From the NCBI RefSeq assembly GCF_018350175.1, contig NC_058369.1:6698001-6762000 (forward strand): DNA of 64,000 bases, written 5' to 3'. The notes beneath the pieces were generated by a model. That model ran no database searches. It was given only the letters and a program-made list of their open reading frames with translations, and was not told the origin of the DNA. The DNA comes from Felis catus. Lineage: Eukaryota. The first letter of the stretch is position 1, and every line of letters begins with the position of its first letter. Position numbers and translations under genes: made by a program. Below are positions 50,301-62,000 of the stretch, in pieces.

Positions 50301-52590
50301 CCTTGAGGAGTGGAGGTAGTAGTTGTGGCTGGTGACACAGGTTTCCCAGTAGTCCAGTCATGTGTGGGCAGAGAATCAGGCAGTGAAACGGATAGGAGGA
50401 TATTGGGGTCAGTCTTTGTATTTGGATGGTCAGTGAAAGCCATTGAACCAGGCAGAACTTCCATATTTCTTTTACTGGTAGTCCAACTTGTGTCTAAAAT
50501 GTCAGGAAGTAAGGTGCTCATCTTCTCGATACCAGAAGTTGAAATGGGCATAGATGCAGTTGTGTCTGAAGGAATCAATGTTCTCATATTTGTGGACCTC
50601 ATATCTTCAGCTGAAGCATGAGAAGATGGACTGGCTGGGCTGGTTCCAGTAACAGTCATAATGCCATGGGGAGTAGATAAAGAGCCTGATTCCGTGCTTG
50701 ATGCTAAGGATGAAGTTGTGCCCATTGCAGAAGTTGTTTTGGGATAACCTGTGACTTTCAAAATTGAAGTTATGTCTTTCATAGCTGAGGAGCCTGATGT
50801 TGGGGCAGAAGCAGTTGTGGATGACCAGGTGGAAGGATGCTCCATGGCAGATGTGCTGGTCTCTGTAGCCAGGGTGCTGTCCATGGTGCTCTCTCTCCTC
50901 TCTGGGTTGGACATGGTAGTCAGGACTGAGTTGGTTCCCATAGTGGTGATAGTGGTGATGACACGTGGAGGGGGGGCTGTGGTCGTACTCATCATGCTCG
51001 CTTCTGCAGGAAATGAGGTCTGTGACAGTTGCTCAGTCATAGAGGCAGCCTTACTAGTCGTTACACTTGTGACGGCCACCAGCGTCTTAGACTCCATTGA
51101 AGGAAATACACCAGATGGTGAAGAGTTCATTTTTCCTCCTGAAGCATCATTGGTAGGGCTGGTGATGGCTTGGCTTTTAAAGGTCAGAGTTGCCGATGTG
51201 GTTTGTTCTCTGGAGGTGAGATGCAATGTGTCTGTGGCTTCTAGAGATGCACCATGAATCAGATCACTCCCAGTTGTCTTGTCTGACCGTGTGATAGCAG
51301 ATGAATAAGCCGCACCCACAGATACACTTGTTTGTTGTTCAGCTGTTCCAGTAGCCACTGCTGAGGAGGAAAGTGTCCTCCCTGTAGAACTGATTTTGGG
51401 CAAACCAGTGACATGTGACTGGACAGCTGTGTCTGTGACAGTCCATGGAGAGGTCCCTGGTGCTTGGGTGCTGCCTGTGGCCCTGGACTTCCTCTCCGGG
51501 CTAGTCATTATAGTTGAAACTGACCTTGCTCCCCTGGGGCTGGAGGTGATGATCACCAAGGTGAGAGCCCCACCCTTGCTTGTTAGTTCTGTCGGATATG
51601 ATGTCACAGAAGGGACCCCAGGTGGAGATGCCATTTCAGTGGTCCCCAGTCCAGTGATGGACTCAGAATTGGGCCCCACCAAAGGGGAAGTAGCAGATAT
51701 AGAGGAACCAGTTGTTTCTTTTGCCATACTGGTGAGGCTGATAGTGGCTGAGCCTTCTGACCTGTCAGAAGTCCAAGGTCCTGTGGGAGGAATGTGGGTT
51801 GTGAGGGTGGTGGTAGCTGTGTCTGGCTTCACAGGGGAGGCACTTGACATTGGGTCACTCCCAGGTATCTGCTTTGGCCATGGGCCAGATGAATAAGCCT
51901 TCCCCACAGATCCACCTGTCTGTTGTTCAACTGCCATTGCCTTTGTACTGAAGGCCGTGGAAGGAATGACCATGGTGCTGACCCACGGCATGGTTTTAAG
52001 TTCAGATTTATCTGCCACTGAGCCTGTGGCTACCTTGGAGATAACTAAACTTGTTGCAGAGTCTTGAAGACCAGTGGAAGATGTGCTCAAGGGGAAATGA
52101 GTGTCCACTGCGGTCCCCTCGGTGGAGCCAAACCGTGTGGACAAGTCCACTTCAGTTGTCTTTGAAGTCAAGCCTGAGCTGACTTGCTGAACCTTCCCTG
52201 TGGCACCTACAGAAGTTGATTCTGGGTGGAAAGAGGACATTGTTCCTCTTGACTGGCTTGTCCCTTCTGGTGTCCCAGAATAAGTACTAGCCCAGGCCTC
52301 AGCTGGATGTGTGGAGTGTGAGATGTTATTTGTAACTACTGCCATTTCTGTGGATGATTCTGCTGTCATTGTGTTTCCTGTGGGCAAGGGAAGGAGTTTG
52401 GTGCTGACACTCCCTGTGTTCAGGGACTGAAGGGTGGCCAGTCCCACTGTGGTATCCACAGGGGCAGTCTCTTTTGGAGTCTTCCTAGGAGAAGTTCCCA
52501 CAGTGATCCTGGTCTTGTGGCTGCTGCTGGGCTCCTTGGAGCTTGGATTTAGAATATCTTCAGATGTTCCTGGGCTTCTTGTGGGCAGGC
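32368..52590 (-). CDS. MUC16: MUC16 giant PTS exon, 20,223 bp (6741 codons)
   Basis: 6726-aa ORF extended upstream to acceptor tttcagtcacag|GC CTG CCC at 52590; candidate phase-1 donor AAG|GTACTC at 32368 immediately before a frameshift (donor is weak and less certain). Confidence 0.9.
35912..49745. repeat. Coding tandem array of near-identical 2649-bp (883-aa) units, about 5.2 copies; each unit is three diverged ~294-aa monomers
   Basis: Same shadow ORFs recur at 36480, 39129, 41778, 44427, 47076 and 49725 (step 2649). Confidence 0.97.
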
Positions 52591-53639
52591 CTGTGACTGA
52601 AACAGCTCTTCAGTTAGGAAGTTTGCAAGGAGGTAAAAATGGGGCTCTTCTGATTTTGATTCTCCTTCCTCTCTCCTTACAAATCTGCACATAATATGTT
52701 CCTCTAGATGGCAGGAATCATATTGTCCAACCCTGTGCCCAATGTTGGGTACATGAGCTTGGTCTACTGGCTCTCAGAGCTCCCTCTGGCATCTTAGGTT
52801 TTTATATCAGTGTGGCCTCCATGCAGACCTATATACCACATCTCATGTCTTAGTGGAGGGTAAAGATTCTACACAGGAATAGAGAAAAACTCTCCCAACT
52901 TTTGGTGGAGAAAAACTCTCCCTCTCCATTTTTCCACCTTGGTCCAGGCTTCTCAATCAATCTCTTTTAGTCTAATATCTGTCTTTATCCCCTAGACCTC
53001 AAAACTGTGATTCTAATGAAAATTTCTGTGGCTTGGTTTTTAACAGGTTAAGGGAAGAGGTAGATTAAGGCACCTTACTTCCTATATATTTTCTTATTCT
53101 TTCACCTCTAATTAGGTGAAATGAAGAACCTTTCCGCCTTCTAGCATAGAAAGACACGTCAAAGTATTGCTTTCAGGAATCAGGACAGCTGTATTCATCC
53201 ACCTAGCACCTTAAATGGACACCTCCTCTCACCTGCAGAACATTCTAACAGTGGACAGCATTATAATCATTTTGTAATTATGAATTGTCCCGTAGAATAA
53301 ACCAATGGCATCTCAGGTGTACCTTTCCCTGTTCTTGGCAATCCCTGACCTTAGTGATGGTATCTGAATTAGGAAGGCCCTTCACAATTGGTCAGCTGTT
53401 TTGTAGAGACATTATATCTGTTCCTAAAGCTGAAATGATTGGCTCTTGAACATATAAATTACTAAGGAGAAGCAAGTCATATTAGAAGTCAATAAATCTC
53501 CACTTAAAATGTTACCAATAGCCTCTGGGTACAACAGCAGAAAGTTTTGATTAGGTACCAGAACCTGGGACTGAGGAAATCAATTATTTTAGTCCAGAGA
53601 CCAATCTTAAGCACAATGTACACAGAGGATCATACATAC

Positions 53640-53750
53640 CCAGTCTGCCTACAGTCACCAGAGACATGGGGTCACCCGTTGACCATGTGGTGCCTCCATA
53701 CGCCCCCTCACTCAGCTCCCCAGTGGTGGTTGTCACAGGCTCCTGAGGAC
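53640..53750 (-). CDS. MUC16: MUC16 small linker exon, 111 bp (GPQEPVTTTTGELSEGAYGGTTWSTGDPMSLVTVGRL)
   Basis: cctcttttccttcag| acceptor, G|GTATGT donor, phase 1-1, open frame. Confidence 0.8.
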
Positions 53751-54415
53751 CTGAAGGAAAAGAGGATTGACGCGTCAGCCTAGCTTTCCTTCAAGATGGG
53801 AACACACAAGAAATGCTCTCACTAGGCACTGACTCAGCATGTCCTCATCTGTCTCTGAGAAGGCACATGGTGTGGACTGACTCTCTTGGCATGAAATCAA
53901 ACTGATAAGGTGTCTTACATCATAATTATAGAAGAGTTTCCTGTTGATGGTGGGACTGCTGAATTGATTGGCCTCAAGCAAAAGCATTTGGCAGTAGTCT
54001 GTCTCTAGCACCTATGTGAATTCACCATTGGTTGATTTTTCTCTCCCATGTTTTAGACTCTCCATAAGTAAACTAAGGGTTGTATCATGAATTATTATAT
54101 CAGATTAGCAAACATATGCAAACAATATGTCTTGGTTATGCACTTTCTTATTTCCCTTTATCATTCCTTTATAACTATCATCATGCAGACTTCACATCTG
54201 GGGAGGGTAAAGGTAGGCTCAGACTGGAAGGAACTGAATTTGGACTCAAGGATGCTAAAAGCGTCACTAGTTACATAGAGAAAGTGGAATGATCCTACTA
54301 GATATGTGTAACCAGATGGACATTCTCAGCAGGAATCCTCTCTTTACCTTTTTGAATAGCATCCACCAAATCTCAGAATGCCCAGTGCAAGAGAAGTCAG
54401 GAACTAGGTTCTTAC

Positions 54416-56320
54416 TTGTAAATGGGATACAGGTATTAACACATGGAGCTGAGCTGGGCTCTACATCAGAGGAGCTCTCCTCAGTGGCTAGAGTCACAAC
54501 TACACCATATGTGGTGGCCTTTGGTGGCCTGGCCACAGAGATCACCTTAAGGGTCCTGTATTCTCCCACAGTAATGCTCAGGCACCAAGGATATTCTGGG
54601 GAGCCAGTGCCTGGGAGAACTGTGGTTTTCTGGAATTGAATGTTGGTGAATAATGTAGACAGTGTCAGTCCAGAGGCAAGTGAAGGAGAATTAGGGGTTC
54701 TGGATTTCTCTGCCTTGGAAGAAACATAAGAAGCTGAAGTTGAGCTTAGAATAAGTACCAGAGGGGACAGGGATTTGGTCTTTTCTCCAGATCCTCCAAG
54801 ACCTCCAAAAAAGAAGGTCTTGTCTATGATGGAGCCTCTAGCCCTCTGCTCATAGGAGTAGTCATCTCTGAGAGTGAAAAACAGTCTCAGCAGAGGGGTT
54901 CCTTCCCAGGAGGCTGTGGTCATGGTGTCCAGAGTAAGAGTGCTCTTTGCTGCAGTCCTAGACGGGCTTGTTGATGTGTTGAAGGTCATGTGTAAAGAAT
55001 CAGCCATGTGAGGCAAGACAATGGTTGATGTTGGTTCTTCTGGGGATGCCAGTGTCACCTACTGACTGAGTAAAGCCTGGGATAGGTACAGTTTACTGGG
55101 AAGCAAACTCAAGTCCCAGTGATTTCAGTAGTAGCATCCCTGAACATTTGGGAAAAGATCATGCTTTCGTGTCTGTGGCTGTGCTAGAATCCTGAGAAAT
55201 ACCAGTGTCCCTCAGTCCAAGAGTCTGTGAGGAACCAGATTCTTCCCCAGTCCTTGAAGTTTTAGGAAGAATGGAGGCTGAAGTGTAAAGGTTGGTTGCC
55301 TCTGGAATGAAGGCTGTAACCATTGGTGGCGTGACATTGTGTGATTCTGAGTGGGTAGGAACAGGAGAACATGACCAGGCCCAGAACTGGTTGCCCAGAC
55401 AGAGTCTACCAGTAAAACTGTAAAAGGATGAATTCCCTCTGTGTCTGTAGTGGTCTCAGAAGCAGCCAGTGTCTCTACTGAGGTACTGATCCAACTTGGA
55501 GAACTCCTCCCAATTTCTGTGCTCACACCCACCGGCGATCTGGTTTTCACTAGACCCGGTGAGTGACCCCGTCATCTCAGTGGTCAGTGGTGTCTCACTT
55601 CAGAAAATGGTTTACACTGTCATCTCTAGTGTAGGAGACTTCAAGTTCTGTCCCTTGGAACTTGTACTCAGAGTCAGATTTCCTTCAGGAGGGGTCACTG
55701 CTACTGGGTACTTATGCCCTGACATTGTTAATGCTGTAGGAAGAGTTGAGGGAGGGCTCTGCTTGCCTTCCATGCTGGTAAGGACTGGTGCTGGTAAGGA
55801 CATGATGGCCACTCCTGTGCTGCTGACCACCCAAAGATGCTTGACCTTACCCGTCCTGGACCCTGAAGAGAAGGCTTATACTGAGATGGATGGGCTGGTT
55901 TTGGGCTCCAGAATGAGTTCCTGAGAACTTGTGTCTCTATGAGAAGTTGACCTGGTAATAGTTGCAGATGATGGATATGCACTAGTTGTCAAGATCAAGG
56001 TATATACAGGGCCAGGCAGAGAAAGGGACCATTTACATCAGGCTGTGTGCTTGGCTTCTCAGAAGAAGCAATGGAAATGTATAGAGTTGTCAGTTCAGGG
56101 CTTTCAGCAGTCTGACTCATTCCTAAAGTCTCAGCAAACATAGTGGTCATCTGCTGGCCACAAGGAGAAGCTGTGACATGATACAGTGTAGTTGTCCCCC
56201 CAAGCCCTCCATTGCTAAAACGTGTACTCATGATTTTAGGAAGTATTAGTGATTATGGTAAGGTTTCTATGATTATTAGATTGATCTCTTTGAGTTTGCT
56301 TGGAGAGAACATTTAACAAA
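54416..56320 (-). pseudogene. Decayed PTS pseudo-exon of MUC16 (multiple frameshifts and stops)
   Basis: Fragmentary ORFs with mucin monomer motifs (STSVETLAASETTTDTEGIHP, TLTLDTMTTASWEGTP); retains a phase-1 ACAA|GTAAG donor at 54416; 5' boundary approximate. Confidence 0.8.
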
Positions 56321-57004
56321 TCCTGTTTCTGACCGATGGGGGAGAGTCTGTCCTTCCTTTTCTATATCTACTGCTCCTTCCCCATATCTGACCCTTATTT
56401 ACCAAGTGCCTGTGGTCCCTGCTTCCCCACCTGAAGCCCTGGATTACTGGATATTATCTCTAAAGATTTAGGGCATAATTTAATATGTATATTATCTTAT
56501 TATTTCTTATTTTGGAAACTCCTATTTGGCCTTTAAAGAGAATCTAAGGGCAGGGAAGATTAGATTATAAAATGATAGGTCAGTCTCTAAACCTCTATCG
56601 CTTCTACCTGACAAGAGAGAGAACCATTTCCTTTTCAGGAAAACCTCCAGGACACAGAGTTGACTTGCTCATGGTATCACATCCTCCAAGATAGTGGCTT
56701 TTTCTCATGTAGGGCTCATTCCAGGAACTATCAACCACCCCTGGCCAATCCTTATCATGCTAGCTCTGGACCTCTTTCGATAAGACCCATATACTAATGA
56801 AAATGTCCTGAACATTGAATGGTCTCTTGTGTCCTTGGAGATATTTAAGTCCCATATTGGAGAAATAGGGCCAAGATATCTACATTTTTTAGGAGAAATC
56901 CAGGTGGTACCAACATCTCAGGCTAGTTCTAGCAGAAACACAACTTACCAGAGAATAGAAAACATGGTTCCTAGAGAGACAAAGTTTAGCAGCAGCTGTC
57001 ATAC

Positions 57005-57109
57005 CTGCAGAATCAACCACTGTCACAGGTGTTGAAGGGTCACTGTTCAGCCATGAGGAACTTTCATATGTGGGGAAGTGAGTAACGGACACCACAGTCC
57101 CATCAGTGC
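57005..57109 (-). CDS. MUC16: MUC16 small linker exon, 105 bp (GTDGTVVSVTHFPTYESSSWLNSDPSTPVTVVDSA)
   Basis: ctctcctacag| acceptor, CAG|GTATGA donor, phase 1-1, open frame, TDG start shared with the 28681 linker exon. Confidence 0.8.
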
Positions 57110-57658
57110 CTGTAGGAGAGACAGGTGGGTTGGATGGATACTGGTCAGTTTAGAGGGAAAGCACCTGAGAAAAACTAGTATGTGCCCAGTTTAGAAACAA
57201 AGACATTTATTTATAAGGAAATGTTATTCAAAGGCTAGAGACAGGAGAACACAGATTTGGGGGACTGGAACACCAGCTCTGCGTGAGAATTGTGCGGTGA
57301 ACAAGCACGATGAAATAAGATATTAATGGGCAATAATTGAGCCTCTTCTCTCTCTAGTCCCAGAATCAACAGAATCGACATAAAGTCTGGGATCACGGAC
57401 ATCACATCAAAGTGCTGGTCTAGTCCATAAAAAATGGGCTTGTCAAAGAGTGAGGCAGATGACTGTCCAGGTGACTTCAAGTCAGATATCCTAATAGGAC
57501 ATAGAGGAGGGCATATGCCAGATAGTGTCAGGAAAGGCTGTCAGATTCCTGATAGGAACCTGCTTGTTTTATAACCAGTGATGACCAAGGTTATGTGATC
57601 AGTCATCTCAGGGAGACAAGACAGACACAGAAGCCACATACTTCTATTCCCACTAGTC

Positions 57659-57881
57659 TTTTTTTAAAAAATTTTTTTTAATGTTTATTTACTTTTGAGA
57701 CAGAGAGAGACAGAGCATGAATGAGGGAGGGTCAGAGAGAGAGGGAGACACAGAATCTGAAGTAGGCTCCAGGCTCCAAGCTGTCAGCACAGAGCCTGAC
57801 GCGGGGCTCAAACTCACAGACTGTGAGATCATGACCTGAGCCGAAGTCAGACGCTTAACCAACTGAGCCACCCAGGCGCCC
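57659..57881 (-). mobile_element. CAN-SINE with target-site duplication tcccactagtctt
   Basis: Flanking direct repeat at 57648 and 57882. Confidence 0.93.
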
Positions 57882-58009
57882 TCCCACTAGTCTTATTGAG
57901 ATGGACCATCAATCAGAGATACCTAGGGAAGCTTAGTCATGATGGGCTGATTCTTATCTGGGTGAGAACAGGTGACCTCAAGAAGAAGTTTCAAAATCTA
58001 AACATAAGA

Positions 58010-58772
58010 ATTTAGTATTCTACCATATTATGTAGCAATTCCATTACTAGGTATTTTTCCCCAAAGAATCAAAAGGACTCAAATAGATATTTGTACGCTA
58101 ATGTTCACAGCAGCCTGATTCACAATGGGCAAAACATGGAGATAGCCCAAATGTCCATCTATGTATGAATAAGCAAAAGGTGCTATATATCTACAATGAA
58201 CTATTATTCAGCCTTAAAAAGGAAAGAGGGGCGCCTGGGTGGCTCAGTTGGTTAAGCGGCCAACTTCGGCTCAGGTCATGATCTCACAGTTCATGAGTTT
58301 AGGGCCCACACTGGGCTCTGGGCTGACAGTTCAGAGCCTGGAGTCTGCTTCAGATTCTGTGTCTCCTTCTCTCTCTGCCCCTCCCCTGCTCATGCTCTGT
58401 CTCTCTCTCCCTTAAAAAAAAATAATAATAAACATTAAAAAAAGGAAAGAAATTGTGATACAAGCTACAACATGGATGACCCTTGAAAACATTATGCTAA
58501 GTGAAATAAGCCAGACACAAAAGGACAAATATTACATGATTCCACTTATATAAGGTACCTAGAATAGTCAGATTCACAGAGACAGAAGTAGAATGGTGAT
58601 TTCAGATGCTAGGAGAAGGGGAAAAAGAGGAGTCAGTGTTTAATGGGAATAAAGTGTCTGTTGGGGAAGATAAAGTTCTGGAGATGGATGATGGGGATGG
58701 TTACACAACAGTGTGAATGTGCTTAATGCCACTGAACTGTATATTACCTCAATTAAAAACAAGTTTTTAAAA
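58010..58772 (+). mobile_element. L1M (L1MB-like) 3' fragment interrupted by a plus-strand CAN-SINE (58227-58440)
   Basis: L1 3' motifs on both sides; duplication aaaaaggaaaga. Confidence 0.88.
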
Positions 58773-59081
58773 AATGTGAGATTCATCAGGAAGTCTACAC
58801 TGCACACTATAGAAGGGCAACCCCATACTACCGGTAGAAAACCAGACCCAGGGGCTCTAGTGGCCCCCTAGCCAATTGGACATTTCCCTGAAACTGGAAT
58901 CCTGATGCAAGACAAGTCAAATATCCTGTTAAAAAAAGGGGAGGAGATTTCTTACCATCTTCAGTGACCAAACCAAGGAGAACAAAGCCATTTCCAAGAG
59001 GGCAGAAAGAGCAGGTCCTTACTCATGGATGGGGGCAAGCTATCCAGATCAGGAACAGATGGTCTGACCCAAAAGTCTCAC

Positions 59082-62000
59082 CTCTGTCAGGTAGAGCCTC
59101 TGACGGTACAGAGACAGATGTCCAGGAGGGCTCTCCCTTGGCTTCAGAAGAGGTAAATGTTCCTGATGAGGTCCTGGCCAGGCCACTCTCCTCTCCCAGG
59201 CTGGTGTGCTCTGGCCCTGAGGAGGAAAGAGTCTTGGGAGAAGTTTGGCTTGTCTGTGCCTGAAAGTCAGTAAGTGCTGATGAGGAGATCCAGGTCGAGG
59301 CCGTGGGGTCTAGGGGAGAGGCCCCGGTCACTCCTCTGGCGGATGGATCAAAAGAATCAGCACTGTGGCTGATGCTGGAGGATGTGTAAGCAGAGGAGTC
59401 GATTTCCCTTCCGGAAGATGAGCTGGCCCGTGACATGAGTGGACTTGTCCCTGCGCCCTCCCCAGTGCCCACAGAAGATGTGGCCTCTGGGGGAAATGGG
59501 GGAGAGCTTCCACCCAGCAGTACAGAGGCCAGGGAGGGAGCTGATGCCTTCTCAGTAGTTATTTCCCTAAACTTAGGGACGGATGAGGTGGAGCCCACAG
59601 TTTCCGGCATTGTGGGGGCAGAGCCCAAGGCAGTGGTCACCTCAGGGGACACAGAGGAGACTGAAGAAGAGGGTTCTGGCCCAACTCTCTCTGTGGTCAC
59701 TGATGATTCTGACCAGGGGCCACGTTTCCTTCCAGGAGTGGTGGCCTCAGACGAAGCCGGGACCCCCACAGTGCTGTGTGTTAAAGGCAGAGATGAATTC
59801 CACTGGGCAACTAAACTTGTTCTCAGATTGACTGTGGTTTTTCCACAGTCAGACATCTGAGCGACCCCCCTGCTGGTTTCCACAGAGCTAACCATGGCAG
59901 CAAGACTCTGAACCTCTGCAGTCCGCCTTGGGGGTGAGCTCGTCTCGTCTTGAGACACGGAGCCGGCTGGTCTTGTTGCCTCTGATGTGAGTCTTCTCTT
60001 GGGTGTTGAGGTGGTCAGTGCTGCTGGGGATGTGGGCTCTGTCGATGGAGAGGTAATGGGGAGGGGCCGAGATGAGCTCTGCCCGGTTTCTGTGCTGGAG
60101 AGGCCTGGAAATCTGGAAGCAGACACATCGGTGCTGTCCCTCATCCCTGAGGCTGTGATAGCTACGGTTGTAGTATTTGAGGGTGAATGAATCAACGAGG
60201 CGGACGGACTCATGCTGAGCTGGTGGGAGGCTGTGGCTGTGGGGGGAGTTAAGTCCCCACTCGTGCCCACAGTGGTCGAATCTGTATTTTGGAGAACAGT
60301 GGTGTCTACCCCTGGATCTGCAAGTTCATGGGAAGGTACAGAAGGTGTAAATGTAGCAAATGTCTTGGATGAACTTGGACTTGAAGCATCGGGAGCATTT
60401 AAGGCCCTTTCCTCTGTTGAGCTGGTACTCAGCCACGTTACCATGGGGAGAGACGTACTGAGAGCCCGGAGCCAAGAAGTGATTGTGCTCTCGTTACTGG
60501 TGCTCAGGGTCAAGGACTCACCTGAGGCATCAGAGGTCAGTTCCAATGTGCTGCTTCCAGAGGGAGGGGAGGCAGAGGCCACGACAGACACTGGTCCTAG
60601 GGTTGACCGTGTCCCGAATCCAGGGGATTTTTCTGTCAGATCTGTGCCCTGGGATCCAGTGAAGCGTTCAGCTGTGTCTGTGCTGGCCCCTGCCATTGTG
60701 TCTGGGCTAGTGGGACTGGGTGTCCTTGGGATTTGAGGACTTCCAGCATGAGCAGCTGGGCTGGCGGACTCTGTTCTTGCATAAGTGTCTGTGGTTCTGA
60801 GCTCCTTCACCAAAGGGGATGAAGAGACCTGAGCTGAACGTGTCACCATGGGATCCAGAGGGGGGACGTATGTGGCGGAGGCCCGGGTACCACTGGTGCC
60901 GATCTTTCCGGGAAGTGACATCACAGGTGGCGACCCAGAAGAGTAAGAGATTTCATCAGTCTCCATTTTTGCTATTGATACAGCCGTGGTGGCCTTCACC
61001 GAGGGTGAGACAAGGGGCGTGTGACTCTCTGGACTGGTTTGCACCTCTCTGAGGAGGACGCCGGGTGAGTCTGTTGGTTCTGGGCGGGTGCCAGAGGTAG
61101 CGATGCTCTCTTCTGATGGCTCCACTGATGGGGCTGACGATGGAGTAGCCAGGGGAACAGAGACGCCCCTCCCTGTGTCCGCACTGGCTGGGGAGTCGCT
61201 AAGTGATGAGGAAGTCCTGGAAGATATGGGCATGTCCCATTTACTAGCCTCAGCTGTGCCGGCTACAGTGCTTATGGTGACCTTCTGGGCTAAAAATGTG
61301 GTGGCCACTGGGACTGGGGCAACAGAAGCAGCAGATGAAGACGAGTTATCAGGCGAGTGAACTGCAGTTGTTTCTGGAGCCAGAGGTGGGCTGGTTTCAT
61401 CCCCAGAAACTGTAAGCCCCCCAGAGAACAAATCATAGGGGGCCCCAGACAAGGGGCCAGCCAAGTGGCTTGCCCTTCGTACAGTCCTTGAGCTGGAAGC
61501 ACCAGTGGACTGAGATGCACTCGTTGAGACCCAATGGCTTTCCTTGGCCAGGGAGGCATGTGTGGATGTCTCAGGTGGAGATGCGGTTCCAATGGGCGGG
61601 TGGGTTGTTCCTGACTTCCTTTCCCCACCATTTCCCTCTGTGGGCTGCATCCTGGTGGAAGGTCCGGAAGGAACGGTGGCTGGACCTCTTGGGTTGTCTG
61701 TTGAAGGCTGCCACACAGACACTCCTTCCGTGGAGCTGGTTTTTAGGGAACTGAATCCAGGAACCACGCTGGCCGCAGAAAGAGGGGCAGTCGCTGACAC
61801 AGTGCTTCGTGCCGGAGGCGACCTTGTTGCAGATTTGGGACTCGTCTCCGGCCAAGCATTGCTGTGAAGTACAGTGTTGGTCTGTGACATGGCAGCTGCA
61901 GAAATAAAAGCAGGGGTCCTCGTCAACTGAGAAGTTTTAGGAAGAGTGGTGTTGGCTGACTGTGCAATGGAGGTGCTGTTTGTGGTCCTGAAGGCATTCG

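Noticed and set aside
52499..52501. Start codon of the 6726-aa ORF
   Set aside because: It is an internal GTG; the frame is open up to the acceptor at 52590
32505..52694. Many plus-strand V/E/G-rich ORFs recurring every 2649 bp
   Set aside because: Antisense shadows of Thr/Ser/Pro codons; short, stop-bounded, with no independent splice or domain evidence
54267..55058. 263-aa minus-strand ORF as an independent gene
   Set aside because: Mosaic of in-frame and out-of-frame pieces of the decayed mucin exon
57200..58010. Possible further fossil exon sequence
   Set aside because: Only weak by-eye resemblance to PTS coding sequence; not supportable without alignment
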